This document shows, piece by piece, positions 63,345 to 64,000 of a DNA stretch of 64,000 nucleotides (position 1 is its first letter; each line of letters begins with the position of its first letter). Source of the DNA: Escherichia coli (GTDB lineage Bacteria; Pseudomonadota; Gammaproteobacteria; Enterobacterales; Enterobacteriaceae); assembly GCF_003334255.1 (NCBI RefSeq), contig NZ_QOWU01000010.1; one strand, written 5' to 3'. A program made the translations under genes and the position numbers. Below the pieces are notes generated by a model that did no database searches, was not told the origin of the DNA, and saw nothing but the letters and a program-made list of their open reading frames with translations.

Positions 63345-63835
63345 GATTTATCACCTCCGAAATTTTCAAGCCTGTTGGCAATCATGATGGCGATATCAGG
63401 GATTGCTGGCGCTGTGGCTATACATGCGGGGTTGGCGCACAAACCATAGACGGCGGCAATCACGAGCTGTCTTTTCCAGTCGAGAGTTACTGGCTCAGAA
63501 TTGGCGTCATCGCCGGACGTATCACTGCCTGGCTCGTTCTGAACAACGGTTTCGCCCTCCTGAGCGGCATCAACAGAGTTTTCCTGAATGATCTTCTCCT
63601 CAGTTTGTGCTGAGTCTTCTCCATCAGCGGCGTCATTTTCTCCAAAAGTTTCTGTGTAAGTGCTATCGCCCATTACCGCACTACAGTCAGGGCAGTTACC
63701 CCCGCCAGTCTGACCACAGACGCGGCAGTTTTTTTCCAGCTCCGGTTGCGCTACTGGCCCTGGCTGTTGCTCTTCTGACCCGTTTTGTTGCGTATCCGGG
63801 CTGTTTTGTCCCGCTTCTGGGGCAATTTGTTCCAC
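63341..63835 (-). CDS. Hypothetical acidic prophage protein with CxxC...CxxC motif (164 aa)
   Basis: ORF upstream of gam in the same operon; highly acidic, two Cys pairs (CRVCG...CPDC), hydrophobic C-terminus; not lambda Kil. Confidence 0.5.
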   Translation of the reverse strand: MEQIAPEAGQNSPDTQQNGSEEQQPGPVAQPELEKNCRVCGQTGGGNCPDCSAVMGDSTYTETFGENDAADGEDSAQTEEKIIQENSVDAAQEGETVVQNEPGSDTSGDDANSEPVTLDWKRQLVIAAVYGLCANPACIATAPAIPDIAIMIANRLENFGGDKS

Positions 63836-64000
63836 TTTGGACTGATTCTGGTCCTCAGTGTCGCGAGTCTGGATCCCCTTGAACCGCCCCGGGTTTCCTG
63901 GAGAGTGTTTTATCTGTGAACTCAGGCTGCCAGATCATCGTTTCCGATGGAAGCATAATAAGCTTTTTCTGCTTCTGCCGGAGGAGTATGGCCCAGCCTT

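Larger units (their letters stand above)
59796..64000. mobile_element. Integrase-proximal arm of a lambdoid prophage (int, xis, exo, bet, gam ...), continues beyond window end
   Basis: Contiguous leftward operon of IntD-like integrase, excisionase, lambda Exo, Bet and Gam adjacent to truncated ynfG. Confidence 0.85.

Overview
This window is an Escherichia coli K-12-like chromosomal segment (rsxCBA, ydgK, cnu, blr, ydgJ, add, malYX/malI, hdhA, uidRABC, ydgA, manA, fumAC, tus with TerB, rstBA, ydgC, folM, ydgI, ydgH, pntAB, then mdtJI, ydgD, asr, ynfM, ynfL, mlc, ynfK, clcB, dmsD, ynfH) interrupted by two mobile elements. Gene identities rest on my reading of the supplied translations against remembered protein sequences; no database search was run. 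(1) The main finding is a ~14.9 kb integrative island (about 33956-48830) inserted into the 5' end of tqsA (ydgG), splitting it into a 45-codon N-terminal fragment and a 299-codon C-terminal fragment flanked by a 9-bp direct repeat (ATAACAGCA). The island encodes a P4-type tyrosine integrase, an AlpA-like regulator, a primase/NTPase followed by an iteron array, SSB, a PerC-like regulator, and a complete head-morphogenesis and packaging module (HK97-fold major capsid, prohead protease, portal, head closure, gp6-like connector, HNH endonuclease, TerS, TerL). It has no tail, baseplate, tail-fibre or lysis genes. This matches a capsid-forming phage satellite (cf-PICI-like) that would make its own small capsids and depend on a helper phage for tails and lysis. 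(2) The right end of the window (about 59796-64000) is the integrase-proximal arm of a lambdoid prophage (DLP12 IntD-like integrase, Xis, lambda-like Exo/Bet/Gam) that has truncated the 5' end of ynfG. Non-coding features supported by sequence include two MalI operators, TerB, REP elements, several intrinsic terminators, candidate UidR operators, and arm-type repeats and palindromes at the island ends.
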